A DNA stretch of 64,000 nucleotides from a bacterium. GTDB lineage: Bacteria > Krumholzibacteriota > Krumholzibacteriia > LZORAL124-64-63. A model generated the notes under the pieces. It was given only the letters and a program-made list of their open reading frames with translations, ran no database searches and was not told where the DNA came from. The first letter of the stretch is position 1; every line of letters starts with the position of its first letter. Position numbers and translations under genes: made by a program. The stretch is from NCBI GenBank assembly GCA_031441465.1, contig JANOEP010000024.1, forward strand, positions 1 to 64,000, written 5' to 3'. Positions 29,749-38,981 of the stretch are shown in pieces.

Positions 29749-32010
29749 TCAGTCCAGAGGGCGCAGCCGGGCGAAACGGGCCAGGAAATGCTTGCGCGCC
29801 CCACCGGGGAAATCGACGCTCAGCTTGAGGCTGTCTCCCTGGCCCTCGACCCTGGCGACGATGCCCACGCCCAGGGTGGGATGGGCCACCCGCTGGCCCA
29901 CCCGGAAGACGAGGTCCTCCTGGTTGACGTCGTCGTGCCAGTCGACCGCGCGCAGGCGCGGCGCGTTCGCGGCGCGGAAGCCGGGGACGGGGTCGCGGCG
30001 ACGGGGCCGGTCGGCGCCGGACGCCGGCGGCGCCGCGTTCCCGCCCCACAGGAACGTGGACAGCGAAGGCTGCACGACCCGCAGCGACTCGCCGCTGCGC
30101 ACCACCAGTTCGGGGGGGATCTCGTCCAGGAAACGCGAGGGCGCGCACAACTCGCGCTGGCCGTAGCGGCGGCGCATGCGCGCGTGGAACAGGTGGACGC
30201 GCAGCCGGGCCCGCGTCAGCGCCACGTAGAAGAGCCGGCGCTCCTCCTCCAGGGCGGCCTCGTCGTCGAGGTTCGAGGCGTGGGGCATCAGGTTCTCCTC
30301 GACGCCGCTGACCACGACCACCGGGAACTCGAGGCCCTTGGCCGCGTGCACGGTCATCAGCCGCACGACGCCCTGGTCGTCCCGGGCGGTGTCGGCGTCG
30401 GCGACCAGGGCCGTCTGCTCGAGGAACTGGGCGAGCGTGCCCCCGTCGCTCTGCTCATGGAAGGCGTAGGCGCCGTTGATCAGCTCGGCCACGTTCTCGT
30501 TGCGGGCCGGCGCCGTCAGGGGGTCATCCTGCTCCAGGTGCCGCACGTAGTCGATCTGCTCGACGATGCGCTCCACCAGTTCGGGCACCGGCGTCTCGTC
30601 CAGCGCCGCGCGCCAGCCGGCGACCAAACCGAAGAAGGCGCGGATCCGCTCGCAGGCCGAGGTGTTGAGGGAGGCGTCGAGCAGGCCCGACCGCGTGGCC
30701 GCCTCGCCGAGCGACAGGCCCTCGGCCTCGGCGATCTCCACCAGGCGCGCCGCCGAAGCCTCGCCGATGCGCCGCTTCGGCACGTTCAGGACGCGCAGCG
30801 CCGACATCGCGTCGCGCGGGTTGTTGACGAGCTTCAGGTAGGCCAGGACGTCGCGCACCTCGCGCCGCTCGTAGAAGGCGGTCGCCCCCACGATCTGGTA
30901 GGGCACGGTCGCGCGCCGCAGCGCGTCCTCCAGGGCACGGCTCTGGGCGTTGGTGCGGTACAGGACCGTCACGTCGCCGCGGTTGCCGCCGGCGGCGGTC
31001 TGCGCCCGCACGAGGTCCACGACGCGGTCGGCCTCGTCCTCCTCGTCGCCCACGGTCTCGATCCCCAGCGGTTCGCCCGGTCCGTCGAGCGTCCACAGGT
31101 TCTTGCCCTTGCGCCGGACGTTGTGGGCGATGACGGCGTTGGCGGCCGCCAGGATGTTGCCGGTGCTGCGGTAGTTCTGCTCCAGCCGCACGACCGCGGC
31201 CCCGCCGAAGTGCTGCTCGAAGTCGAGCATGTTCTCGATGCAGGCCCCGCGCCAGGAGTAGATGCTCTGGTCGTCGTCGCCGACGGCGAACACGTTCCCG
31301 TGGACCGAACTGAGCGCACGCACCAGGATCAGCTGCAGGGGGTTGGTGTCCTGGAACTCGTCGACCAGGACGTGGCGGAAGCGGCCCGCCAGGCGCAGCC
31401 GCACGTCCTCGTGCTCCTCCAGCAGGTGGACGGTGCGCAGGATGAGGTCGTCGAAGTCGCAGGCGTTGCTGGCCCGCAGCCCCTTCTCGTAGGCCGCGTA
31501 GACCGCGGCCGCCTTCTCCTCGCGGAAGTCGGCCGCGTCGCGCGCGGCCTGCGCGGGGGACACGTCCTCGTTCTTCCAGCGGCTGACGGCGGCCCGCAGC
31601 TGCTGCGGGGCGTACTGCTTCGGGTCGAGGCCCAGGTCGCCGAGCACCTTCTTGAGCAGCCGCGTGCTGTCGTCGGTGTCGTAGATGGAGAACGAGGGGT
31701 CAAGACCCAGCGCGGCGCCCTCGCGCCGCAGGATGCGCACGCCGGTGGCGTGGAAGGTGCCGACCCAGCTCGGGGCGCGGCCGCCGCCCACCAGGACGTC
31801 GACCCGCTCCCGCATCTCGCGGGCGGCCTTGTTGGTGAAGGTGAAGGCGAGCACCGACCAGGGGTCGGCCCGGCGCTCCTCGAGCAGCCAGGCGATGCGT
31901 GTGGTCAGGACGCGGGTCTTGCCGCTGCCGGCGCCGGCGACGACCAGCACGGGGCCGTCCGGCGCGGTCACGGCCTCGCGCTGCCGCTCGTTCAGGGTGT
32001 CGAGATCCAT
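29749..32010 (-). CDS. pcrA: ATP-dependent DNA helicase UvrD/PcrA
   Basis: 'AGAGSGKT', 'VDEFQDTN', 'GDDDQSIY', 'QNYRS', 'AKGLEF', 'YVALTRA', C-terminal Tudor-like domain. Confidence 0.96.
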   Translation of the reverse strand: MDLDTLNERQREAVTAPDGPVLVVAGAGSGKTRVLTTRIAWLLEERRADPWSVLAFTFTNKAAREMRERVDVLVGGGRAPSWVGTFHATGVRILRREGAALGLDPSFSIYDTDDSTRLLKKVLGDLGLDPKQYAPQQLRAAVSRWKNEDVSPAQAARDAADFREEKAAAVYAAYEKGLRASNACDFDDLILRTVHLLEEHEDVRLRLAGRFRHVLVDEFQDTNPLQLILVRALSSVHGNVFAVGDDDQSIYSWRGACIENMLDFEQHFGGAAVVRLEQNYRSTGNILAAANAVIAHNVRRKGKNLWTLDGPGEPLGIETVGDEEDEADRVVDLVRAQTAAGGNRGDVTVLYRTNAQSRALEDALRRATVPYQIVGATAFYERREVRDVLAYLKLVNNPRDAMSALRVLNVPKRRIGEASAARLVEIAEAEGLSLGEAATRSGLLDASLNTSACERIRAFFGLVAGWRAALDETPVPELVERIVEQIDYVRHLEQDDPLTAPARNENVAELINGAYAFHEQSDGGTLAQFLEQTALVADADTARDDQGVVRLMTVHAAKGLEFPVVVVSGVEENLMPHASNLDDEAALEEERRLFYVALTRARLRVHLFHARMRRRYGQRELCAPSRFLDEIPPELVVRSGESLRVVQPSLSTFLWGGNAAPPASGADRPRRRDPVPGFRAANAPRLRAVDWHDDVNQEDLVFRVGQRVAHPTLGVGIVARVEGQGDSLKLSVDFPGGARKHFLARFARLRPLD

Positions 32011-32025
32011 ACCCGCGGGCTCCCC

Positions 32026-35000
32026 CTAGAATTCGGGTCCGATGCTGAACTGGAACTCCGTGCCGCCCGCGCTGCGCAGGTCGGTGCGGCGGCCCCAGTC
32101 GAATTTCAAGGGCAGGAAGCCCAGGCGGGTTCTCAGGCCGATCCCGTAGCAGCCGCGCAGGTCGCGCAGTCCCCAGCGCCCGGCGTCGTCGTCGCCGAAG
32201 GGGCTGAAGCCCTCGTCCCAGGCGGAGCCGAGATCGAAGAACAGGGTCGCCCCCACCGGCCCGAAGCCCCAGCGGGCCGGCCAGCCGAAGAAGACGGCGT
32301 CCAGCAGGGGAAGCCGGTACTCCAGGTTGGCCATGGCGATCTTGGGACCGGCCAGGTGGCTGGTCGTGCGGTAGTCGTAGAAGTCGTAACCCCGCAGCGT
32401 GAACGGGCCGCCGAGGACGAAGGCGCGCGGGTCGTCGCCGGTGCTGGCGGCGGCCAGCAGGCGCAGGGCGAGGGTGTTGCCGCGGGCCGGCAGCCAGTAG
32501 CGGCGCAGGTCGAGCAGGGCCGTGCGTCGGTCCAGGGAGCCGCCGCCGATCGCCAGCGAGGGCGCGAACTGCAGCAGCAGGCGGCTGCCGGTGACCGGCC
32601 CGTACCAGCCGTAGTAGGCGCTGTCGTGGACATAGGTCAGGGTCGGTTGCAGCAAGGTGTCGGTGCGGGTGCCGTCGGCGATCAACATCGTCCCGCTCGG
32701 GTCCACGCTGTAGGCGGTGCGCTCCGAGGCGAAGGCCTGCAGCTCGAGCGACAGGCGGCGGAACGTGCTGAAGGGATAGCTGGCCGAGGCGTACAGGCCG
32801 TAGTTGCGCTCGCTGAAGAAGGTGTCGTCGGGCAGCAGTTCCCCCACCGAGGTCACGGCCGTGTTGTAGTAGTTCTTGAAGTGGAACAGGCCCACCCCGA
32901 CGTCGACGCGGCGCTTCAGGTAGGCGTAGCTCGCCGCGAGGTCGCTGTCGGACAGCGAACCGTAGACGTTGACCAGGAACGACAGGCGGTGGTCGCCGAG
33001 CAGGTCGCTCAAGTTGATGACGTTGGCCATGCCCAACCCGGCCTGGGGGCTGAACGACACCGCGCCGCCGCCGAGCGCATCGCTCATGTCGATCGAGAAG
33101 CGAGGTCGGTAGTCCTTGATCTGGCCGACGACGGCGTCTCCTGCCATCACCGCCGACAGATCGTAGACCGGCGGCACGGGCGGCGCGATGGCCACGTCCC
33201 CCGCCGCCGCGCCCGCCGGCTCGCGCCGGCTCCAATCCGCCCAGCCGTCGACGGCGTACAGGTCCCAGCCGCCCTCGCGGAAGGCGGCGAACGCCAGGCG
33301 GTCCGCGCCCGGAGCGTAGCTCGGGTGCGCGGCGGCGCCCGGCACGTTGGTCAGGCGCCGGCTCTCGGCCACGCTCTGCCCCGCGTCGTCCAGCTGCAGA
33401 CGGGCCAGGTTCTCGGCGCCGTCGCCGTCGGCCACGACGCACAGTTCCCCGTCGTCGATCCAGACCGGTTCGCGCCAGCTGCCGGCGGGCGCCGACAGCT
33501 CGCGGCGCTCGCCCGTGAAGACGTCCAGCAGCACCAGGCGTGACGTCTGGCGATGGCCCGGCTGCACGGCGGCGTCGCCGTCGTCGAAACGGGCCCAGTC
33601 CAGCCGGCGCGCCCCGTCCGCGTCGACCGTGAACTGGTAGCGCACCTGCGCGACGGGGTTGTGGGCGAAGGCGAGGCGGCGGCCGTCGGGCGACCAGGCG
33701 GGGGCCGACTCGTCGCCCGCGTCGTCGGTCACGCGCAGCAGGTCCAGGCCGTCGGCGATCGGCGTCCGCGCGCACACCGCGCCCGGGACAGCGGCGCCGT
33801 CCCCGGCGAGGTCGAGCAGGTAGAGGTCCGTGCGGCCGGCCACGGTGCCCACCAGGGCGACCCAGCGGCCGTCGGGCGACCAGGCCGGCGACGAGACCCC
33901 GTCCAGGCCCAGGCGCACGTCGCGCGTGACCTCGCCGGTCGCGACCTCGACGGTGTGCAGGGTCTCGGCGTTGCCGCTGCGTGCCACGAAGGCGACCTCG
34001 CGGCCGTCGGGCGAGAAGGCCGGCCGGCTGCGGTAGGGGTGCAGGGATTCGTACCGGCTCGCGCGCTGGCCGCGCGCCAGCCGGCGCAGGACGCGCCCGT
34101 CGATCGCGGACATCAGGTACAGGCTCATCAAGCCGTCGCGGTCGGAGAAGAAGGCGAGCTGGGTCCCGTCGGGCGACAGCGCGGGGCGGAAATTGGCGCC
34201 GTCCTCGTCCTCGCGGTGGTCGGTCAGGCGCCGGGCGATGTCCTCGGGCTCCTCGAAGCTGCCGTAGGAGGGCCAGGCGAGGCCGTGCACGTAGCGGGTG
34301 AACAGGCGGTCGAGCGCTTCGATGTCGAGGCCGAGCGAGGCGTCGAGCACCCGGTCCATGCCCCGGGAACGGTTCAGCAGGCGGCACATCTCGGGGATCT
34401 TTTCCTCTCCGTAGCGCTCGGAGATCAGGCGCAGGGCGGTCTGGCCCTCCTTGTAGACCAGGAACCCTCCGACCTGGTCCAGGGGCCGGAGGTAGCCGCT
34501 GGTCGCCGCATCGCGCAGGTACATCTCGGCGCCGGGGTCCCAGCCGGAGCTGTACCACTCCGCGAGGCCCTCGGCGAACCACAGCGGGATGCGGAAGAAC
34601 GGCGACCGCGACGTCGTGCTGCGCGAGCTGCCGAAGACCATGTCGAACATGAACACGTGCACCAGCTCGTGCCGCAGCACGTGGACGAAGTCGGCGTGGG
34701 ACTCCTCGTAGGGCAGGACCATGCGGTTGCGGACGGGCTCGGTGAAGCCGCCGGTGCCCTCGCCGAGCAGGTCGTCGGCGACGTTGGTCTGCGCGAACTC
34801 CGTGTGCGAGGAGTAGAGGATGAAGGGGATCCGTCGCTCCGGCTCGTGGCCCAGACGGGCGGCATACTCGGCGTAGGTGCGCTCGGCCACGATCGCGGCG
34901 CGCACGGCCAGCTCTTCGGCGTCGGCGGCGTGGGTGATCTCGAAGTGGGGCGTGACCAGGACGCGGCGGGCGACGTTTGCGGTCTGGACCTTGTTGCGTC

Positions 35001-35100
35001 CGAAGTAGTAGGCGTCCGCCGGCGCCGCCGCCAGGACGAGCAACGCCACCAGGACGAGCAACGCGGTCAGGACCGCGGCGTGATTGCGGTAAGACGCCAT
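32026..35100 (-). CDS. Omp85-family protein with N-terminal zincin-like peptidase and PD40/TolB-like beta-propeller
   Basis: Signal peptide, 'FGRNKVQ', HELVH + 'PLWFAEGLAE', repeated 'PA(W/F/L)SPDG', barrel lid 'GGPFTLRGY', C-terminal 'FQFSIGPEF'. Confidence 0.85.
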   Translation of the reverse strand: MASYRNHAAVLTALLVLVALLVLAAAPADAYYFGRNKVQTANVARRVLVTPHFEITHAADAEELAVRAAIVAERTYAEYAARLGHEPERRIPFILYSSHTEFAQTNVADDLLGEGTGGFTEPVRNRMVLPYEESHADFVHVLRHELVHVFMFDMVFGSSRSTTSRSPFFRIPLWFAEGLAEWYSSGWDPGAEMYLRDAATSGYLRPLDQVGGFLVYKEGQTALRLISERYGEEKIPEMCRLLNRSRGMDRVLDASLGLDIEALDRLFTRYVHGLAWPSYGSFEEPEDIARRLTDHREDEDGANFRPALSPDGTQLAFFSDRDGLMSLYLMSAIDGRVLRRLARGQRASRYESLHPYRSRPAFSPDGREVAFVARSGNAETLHTVEVATGEVTRDVRLGLDGVSSPAWSPDGRWVALVGTVAGRTDLYLLDLAGDGAAVPGAVCARTPIADGLDLLRVTDDAGDESAPAWSPDGRRLAFAHNPVAQVRYQFTVDADGARRLDWARFDDGDAAVQPGHRQTSRLVLLDVFTGERRELSAPAGSWREPVWIDDGELCVVADGDGAENLARLQLDDAGQSVAESRRLTNVPGAAAHPSYAPGADRLAFAAFREGGWDLYAVDGWADWSRREPAGAAAGDVAIAPPVPPVYDLSAVMAGDAVVGQIKDYRPRFSIDMSDALGGGAVSFSPQAGLGMANVINLSDLLGDHRLSFLVNVYGSLSDSDLAASYAYLKRRVDVGVGLFHFKNYYNTAVTSVGELLPDDTFFSERNYGLYASASYPFSTFRRLSLELQAFASERTAYSVDPSGTMLIADGTRTDTLLQPTLTYVHDSAYYGWYGPVTGSRLLLQFAPSLAIGGGSLDRRTALLDLRRYWLPARGNTLALRLLAAASTGDDPRAFVLGGPFTLRGYDFYDYRTTSHLAGPKIAMANLEYRLPLLDAVFFGWPARWGFGPVGATLFFDLGSAWDEGFSPFGDDDAGRWGLRDLRGCYGIGLRTRLGFLPLKFDWGRRTDLRSAGGTEFQFSIGPEF

Positions 35101-35114
35101 CGTCCGGGTTCCTC

Positions 35115-38100
35115 TCAGTATTCGAACCGGTACTTCAGATCCAGGTTGTAGGTCGTGTCGCCGAGGATCTCGTTGGCCCGGCGGCTGACCTCCGACTGCA
35201 GCAGCAGGTGGTCGTTGATCTGGTACTCGACCAGGATCTCGCGGTCCTGGTCCGTGACGGCCTGGGCGAACTTCACGTAGAGGTCGCGCCCGATGTACTT
35301 GCCGACGCCGATGAGGGTCTGCGTCGTGCCGTCCTCGCGGACACGGCCGCTCTCGATGTCGAAGGTGTCCACCAGGTCCAGTTCCGCGGCCACCTCGCGC
35401 TCCAGGATGTTGAAGCCGGCGGCCATCGTGCCCTGGCGGACGACCGAGGTGGCGGCCACCTCCGAGGCTTCCGGCGTCATGCCGAGCAGCATGCGCTCGA
35501 TGTTGCTGCGCGCATACCCGCTCTCGGAGCGGAACGCGACCTGCGGGGCCAGCGCCGATCCCGTCACGTCCACGTAGATCTTCTCCAGGCGGCGCGAACC
35601 GCCGTCGCTGGCCGGCAGCGGCAGCCTGACCGACGTCTCGGCGGTGAGGTTGACCTGCGGGATCACGCCGTGCTCCTGCGAGAAGTCCAGGCCGCCGTAG
35701 CTGACCTTGAAGTCGTTGTTGAACACCGGCAGGCGACCCTGGTCGATGTTCAGGTGGCCGCTGAGGTTCATGCCGCCCATGTCCCGCAGCAGGCGCACGT
35801 CGCCGCTCAGGAACAGTTCCATCGCGCGGTTGATGACCCGGCAGCTGCGCGGCGGCGCCCGCAGCCGCAGGTTCGCCAGCCAGTCCGGGGCGACGGTGGC
35901 CACGCGCGGGTCGCTCACGCCAGGCTGCTCCGAGAAGTCGCCGGTGAAGCGCGCCTCGATGATCACCAGGTCGCCCGCGAAGCTCGGCACGAGCAGAGCG
36001 TCGGGGCCGACCTTGACGCCGGTCAGGGAGATGCCGCGCCCGCGGACCAGGGCCCGCAGGTCCGGGATCGAGGCGACCAGGAAGCGGTCGGCGTCCAACT
36101 CGATGTCGAAGCGCTCCAGCACCAGCCCCTTGAACGTGAGCGTGCCCTCGCCCGCCAGCGTGCCGCGGGCGCCCTCGCGCGCGCGAAGGTCGCGCAGCGT
36201 GAGAACGTCGCCCTCCCAGTCGCCCTCACAAGACACGCCGGCGTAGACCTCGCTCAGCCCGCGCAGGACGCAAGAGCCGTCACGCAGGGAAATCCGACCG
36301 TGGTACAGGGGATGGTTCGCGGGACCCTCGACCACGAGCGTCATCCCGCCGCGGCCGCCCGATTCGACGAAGGCGTTGCAGGTGCGCGCCAGCGGCGCCA
36401 GGTCGGTGTCGTCGGGGATGGTCAGGCTCATCAGGAACGGGCCGTCGACCGGCGAGACGGGCGTCGACAGGAAATCCAGCTGCAGCGGGATCTCGAGCCG
36501 GCCCGTCAGCGGGAGCGTCTCGCGGCGCGCGGCGAGATCGCCCAGCGTCAGCACGCCGCCGGCGTAGCTGACCGAGCCGCGCAGCTCGTCGAGGTGCAGC
36601 CAGTGGACGTGGAAGGGCCGGCTCTCGATCCCGCCCGCGATCAGGGGGTGCCGCGTGTCGCCGGTGACCTTCAGGCTGCCGTCGAAGGCGCCGGCCAGCC
36701 GGTCGAGCGAGGGGATGGCGAACTGGTCGAGCACCTCCCAGTCGCCGTCCTCGAGGTCCAGGTCGAGGTCCAGCGCGGCGTCGGGCCAGAAGTTCCGCAG
36801 CCCGACGCCCGGGTGCGACACCATCCCGCGGGCGCGCAGGCGGCCGAAGTTGCTGTGCAGGTCGAGGGCGCGCACATCGAGGTTGCCCTCGTAGAACAGC
36901 GCCGAAACCGTCAGGCTGTCCAGATCCGCGCGGGGCAAGCGGCAGGAAGTCAGGCGCGCCTCGAGTCCGACGAGCGGCTCCTGCGGCGTGCCGCCCAGGC
37001 TGACCTGGGCGGTGACCTCGCCGTTGAGCACGTCGTTGCCAGGCAGGAACAAGTTGACCAGGCCCAAGTCGAAGCGCTCGAGCGTGATCTCGCCGTCGAG
37101 CGAGCCGGCCGGCTCGTCCCAGACGCCGCTCGCGTCCAGTTCGCCGTAACGGGAAGCCAGCCGAACGCGATCCACGCGCAAGCGGCCCGGCCCGGTCTGG
37201 AAGAGGGCGGGTTCGGTCAGCGACCAGCGGCTGCCCTCGATCGCGACTTCCAGCTGCGGCACCTCGAAATCGGCGAGCCCGTCGTGGAACCGGCCGCGAC
37301 CGCGCAGCACGAGGGTCGTGTCCCCGCGCGAGGCGCGGAAGTGCTCGATCACCACGGCGTCGCTCGACACCGCGCCGACGCCCGTGAACGCGCCCAGGGG
37401 CACGCCCGCCAGCACGAGTCCGTGGCCCGCAGTCGTCACCGAAACGGACGGCGCGCCCAGAACGTCCTCGACCGCGAAATCCACCCGGCAGCTGTCCAGG
37501 GCCAGGGAGGACACGCCCGCTCCTTGCAGGTCGGCGGCGCCCGCGAACCTGTAGACGGGATCGCGCCCGGTCACCTCGCCCTCGGCGCGCATCCGGCCGC
37601 GCAGGTCGGGCAGCCCCCATTGCGGCGGCAGACGCCCCAGATCCGCGATGTCGACGGACGCCCGGCCGGTGAACACGCCGGCGCTGTCGGCACGGCCGGT
37701 CAGGTGCGCCCGCTGCCCCTGGTAGACCAGGTCGAGCGTCCGGAAGGCGACGTCGGCCGGATCGGCGTCCACCTCCACGCGCAGCGTGTCGAACGGCACG
37801 TCGGCGACGAAACCGTTGCACAGCCAGCCGGTCACCTGCGTGCGGTCGGCGGCGTCGCGCCGCCACAGGTGCAGCCAGCCCCGCCCACCCGTCGGGGGCA
37901 GATCCGTCTCCGGCACCAGTCCCTGCGAGAGGTCGACATCGGCGACGTCGCCCTCGAGCACGTAGGTCACGTCCAGCGGATCGGAGATGTCGAACACGCC
38001 GCCGCCCGAGAACCAGGCGCCGTTGATGCGGCCCTCCAGGCTGTCCCAGACGAGCTCGGTCGGCGACAGGGCCGCCCGACCGCGCATGCCGTCGAGCCGG

Positions 38101-38972
38101 TAGCCTTCGAGTTCCCCCGTGAACCCGATGTCGAAGCTCACGGTGTCGCCGCGCGCCTTCAGGAGCATCTGGGCGTCGCCGCGGGCGGCGAAGCCCAGCG
38201 TCATGTCGATCAGGTTCTCGACCTCGGGGACGCTGACGTCCAGGGCGGCGAGGTCGAGATCGAGATCGCCGTCGTGGCGGCGGTAGCCCTCGCAGGTGAC
38301 GAGACTGCCGTTGACCATGCCGCCGAGCTGGCGGACGGCGATGCCTTCGCCGTCGACCATCACGAAACCCGTCAGGTCGCTCAGGCGGGTGGCGCGCGAC
38401 GCCCAGTCGATGTCGGCGTCGCGGCAGGTCAGGGCGAGGTTGCCGTCGGCGCGGATGCCGCCGCGCCAGTTCAGGGCCGGGATCTGCTCCTCGACGCTGC
38501 CGTCGGGTCCCGAGACGACCAGCAGCGATCGGCGCACGATCAGGTCGTCCACGCGGAAGGCGGGCAGGTCGAAGGGACTGCCCGGCACTTCCGGTTCGCC
38601 GGGCGCGAGGGGCGCGCCGCGCCGGGCGCGGATCTCGGCGCCGGCGATCGTCACCCGGCGCATCCCGAGCGTCCCGCGCAGCAGGATACGGAAGTCGTAC
38701 TGCATCGTCAGGGTGTCGATGCCGACCACGACCACGGCGCCCCGATCCCCGTGCAGCGACAAGGTCGCGTCGTGCAGCTCGATCCCGGTGAACGGGTTGC
38801 CCGTGATCTCCCGGATGCGGATGCTGCCGTCGCTGCCGCGCAGGAGGTGGTTGGTCGCCAGGCGCGCGAACCACGGCGCCAGCAGCCGCGGGTGCGTCCC
38901 CACGTAGGCGACCGCGCCCAGGAACAGGGCCAGGGCCAGCAGAAGCGTCCAGCGTGTCGTGCGCGCGACCAT
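35115..38972 (-). CDS. tamB: Translocation/assembly module TamB-like protein
   Basis: N-terminal TM anchor, long beta-rich body, DUF490-like end 'GVGKYIGRDLYV...VEYQI...DLKYRFEY'. Confidence 0.85.
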   Translation of the reverse strand: MVARTTRWTLLLALALFLGAVAYVGTHPRLLAPWFARLATNHLLRGSDGSIRIREITGNPFTGIELHDATLSLHGDRGAVVVVGIDTLTMQYDFRILLRGTLGMRRVTIAGAEIRARRGAPLAPGEPEVPGSPFDLPAFRVDDLIVRRSLLVVSGPDGSVEEQIPALNWRGGIRADGNLALTCRDADIDWASRATRLSDLTGFVMVDGEGIAVRQLGGMVNGSLVTCEGYRRHDGDLDLDLAALDVSVPEVENLIDMTLGFAARGDAQMLLKARGDTVSFDIGFTGELEGYRLDGMRGRAALSPTELVWDSLEGRINGAWFSGGGVFDISDPLDVTYVLEGDVADVDLSQGLVPETDLPPTGGRGWLHLWRRDAADRTQVTGWLCNGFVADVPFDTLRVEVDADPADVAFRTLDLVYQGQRAHLTGRADSAGVFTGRASVDIADLGRLPPQWGLPDLRGRMRAEGEVTGRDPVYRFAGAADLQGAGVSSLALDSCRVDFAVEDVLGAPSVSVTTAGHGLVLAGVPLGAFTGVGAVSSDAVVIEHFRASRGDTTLVLRGRGRFHDGLADFEVPQLEVAIEGSRWSLTEPALFQTGPGRLRVDRVRLASRYGELDASGVWDEPAGSLDGEITLERFDLGLVNLFLPGNDVLNGEVTAQVSLGGTPQEPLVGLEARLTSCRLPRADLDSLTVSALFYEGNLDVRALDLHSNFGRLRARGMVSHPGVGLRNFWPDAALDLDLDLEDGDWEVLDQFAIPSLDRLAGAFDGSLKVTGDTRHPLIAGGIESRPFHVHWLHLDELRGSVSYAGGVLTLGDLAARRETLPLTGRLEIPLQLDFLSTPVSPVDGPFLMSLTIPDDTDLAPLARTCNAFVESGGRGGMTLVVEGPANHPLYHGRISLRDGSCVLRGLSEVYAGVSCEGDWEGDVLTLRDLRAREGARGTLAGEGTLTFKGLVLERFDIELDADRFLVASIPDLRALVRGRGISLTGVKVGPDALLVPSFAGDLVIIEARFTGDFSEQPGVSDPRVATVAPDWLANLRLRAPPRSCRVINRAMELFLSGDVRLLRDMGGMNLSGHLNIDQGRLPVFNNDFKVSYGGLDFSQEHGVIPQVNLTAETSVRLPLPASDGGSRRLEKIYVDVTGSALAPQVAFRSESGYARSNIERMLLGMTPEASEVAATSVVRQGTMAAGFNILEREVAAELDLVDTFDIESGRVREDGTTQTLIGVGKYIGRDLYVKFAQAVTDQDREILVEYQINDHLLLQSEVSRRANEILGDTTYNLDLKYRFEY

Positions 38973-38981
38973 CGGCCTCTC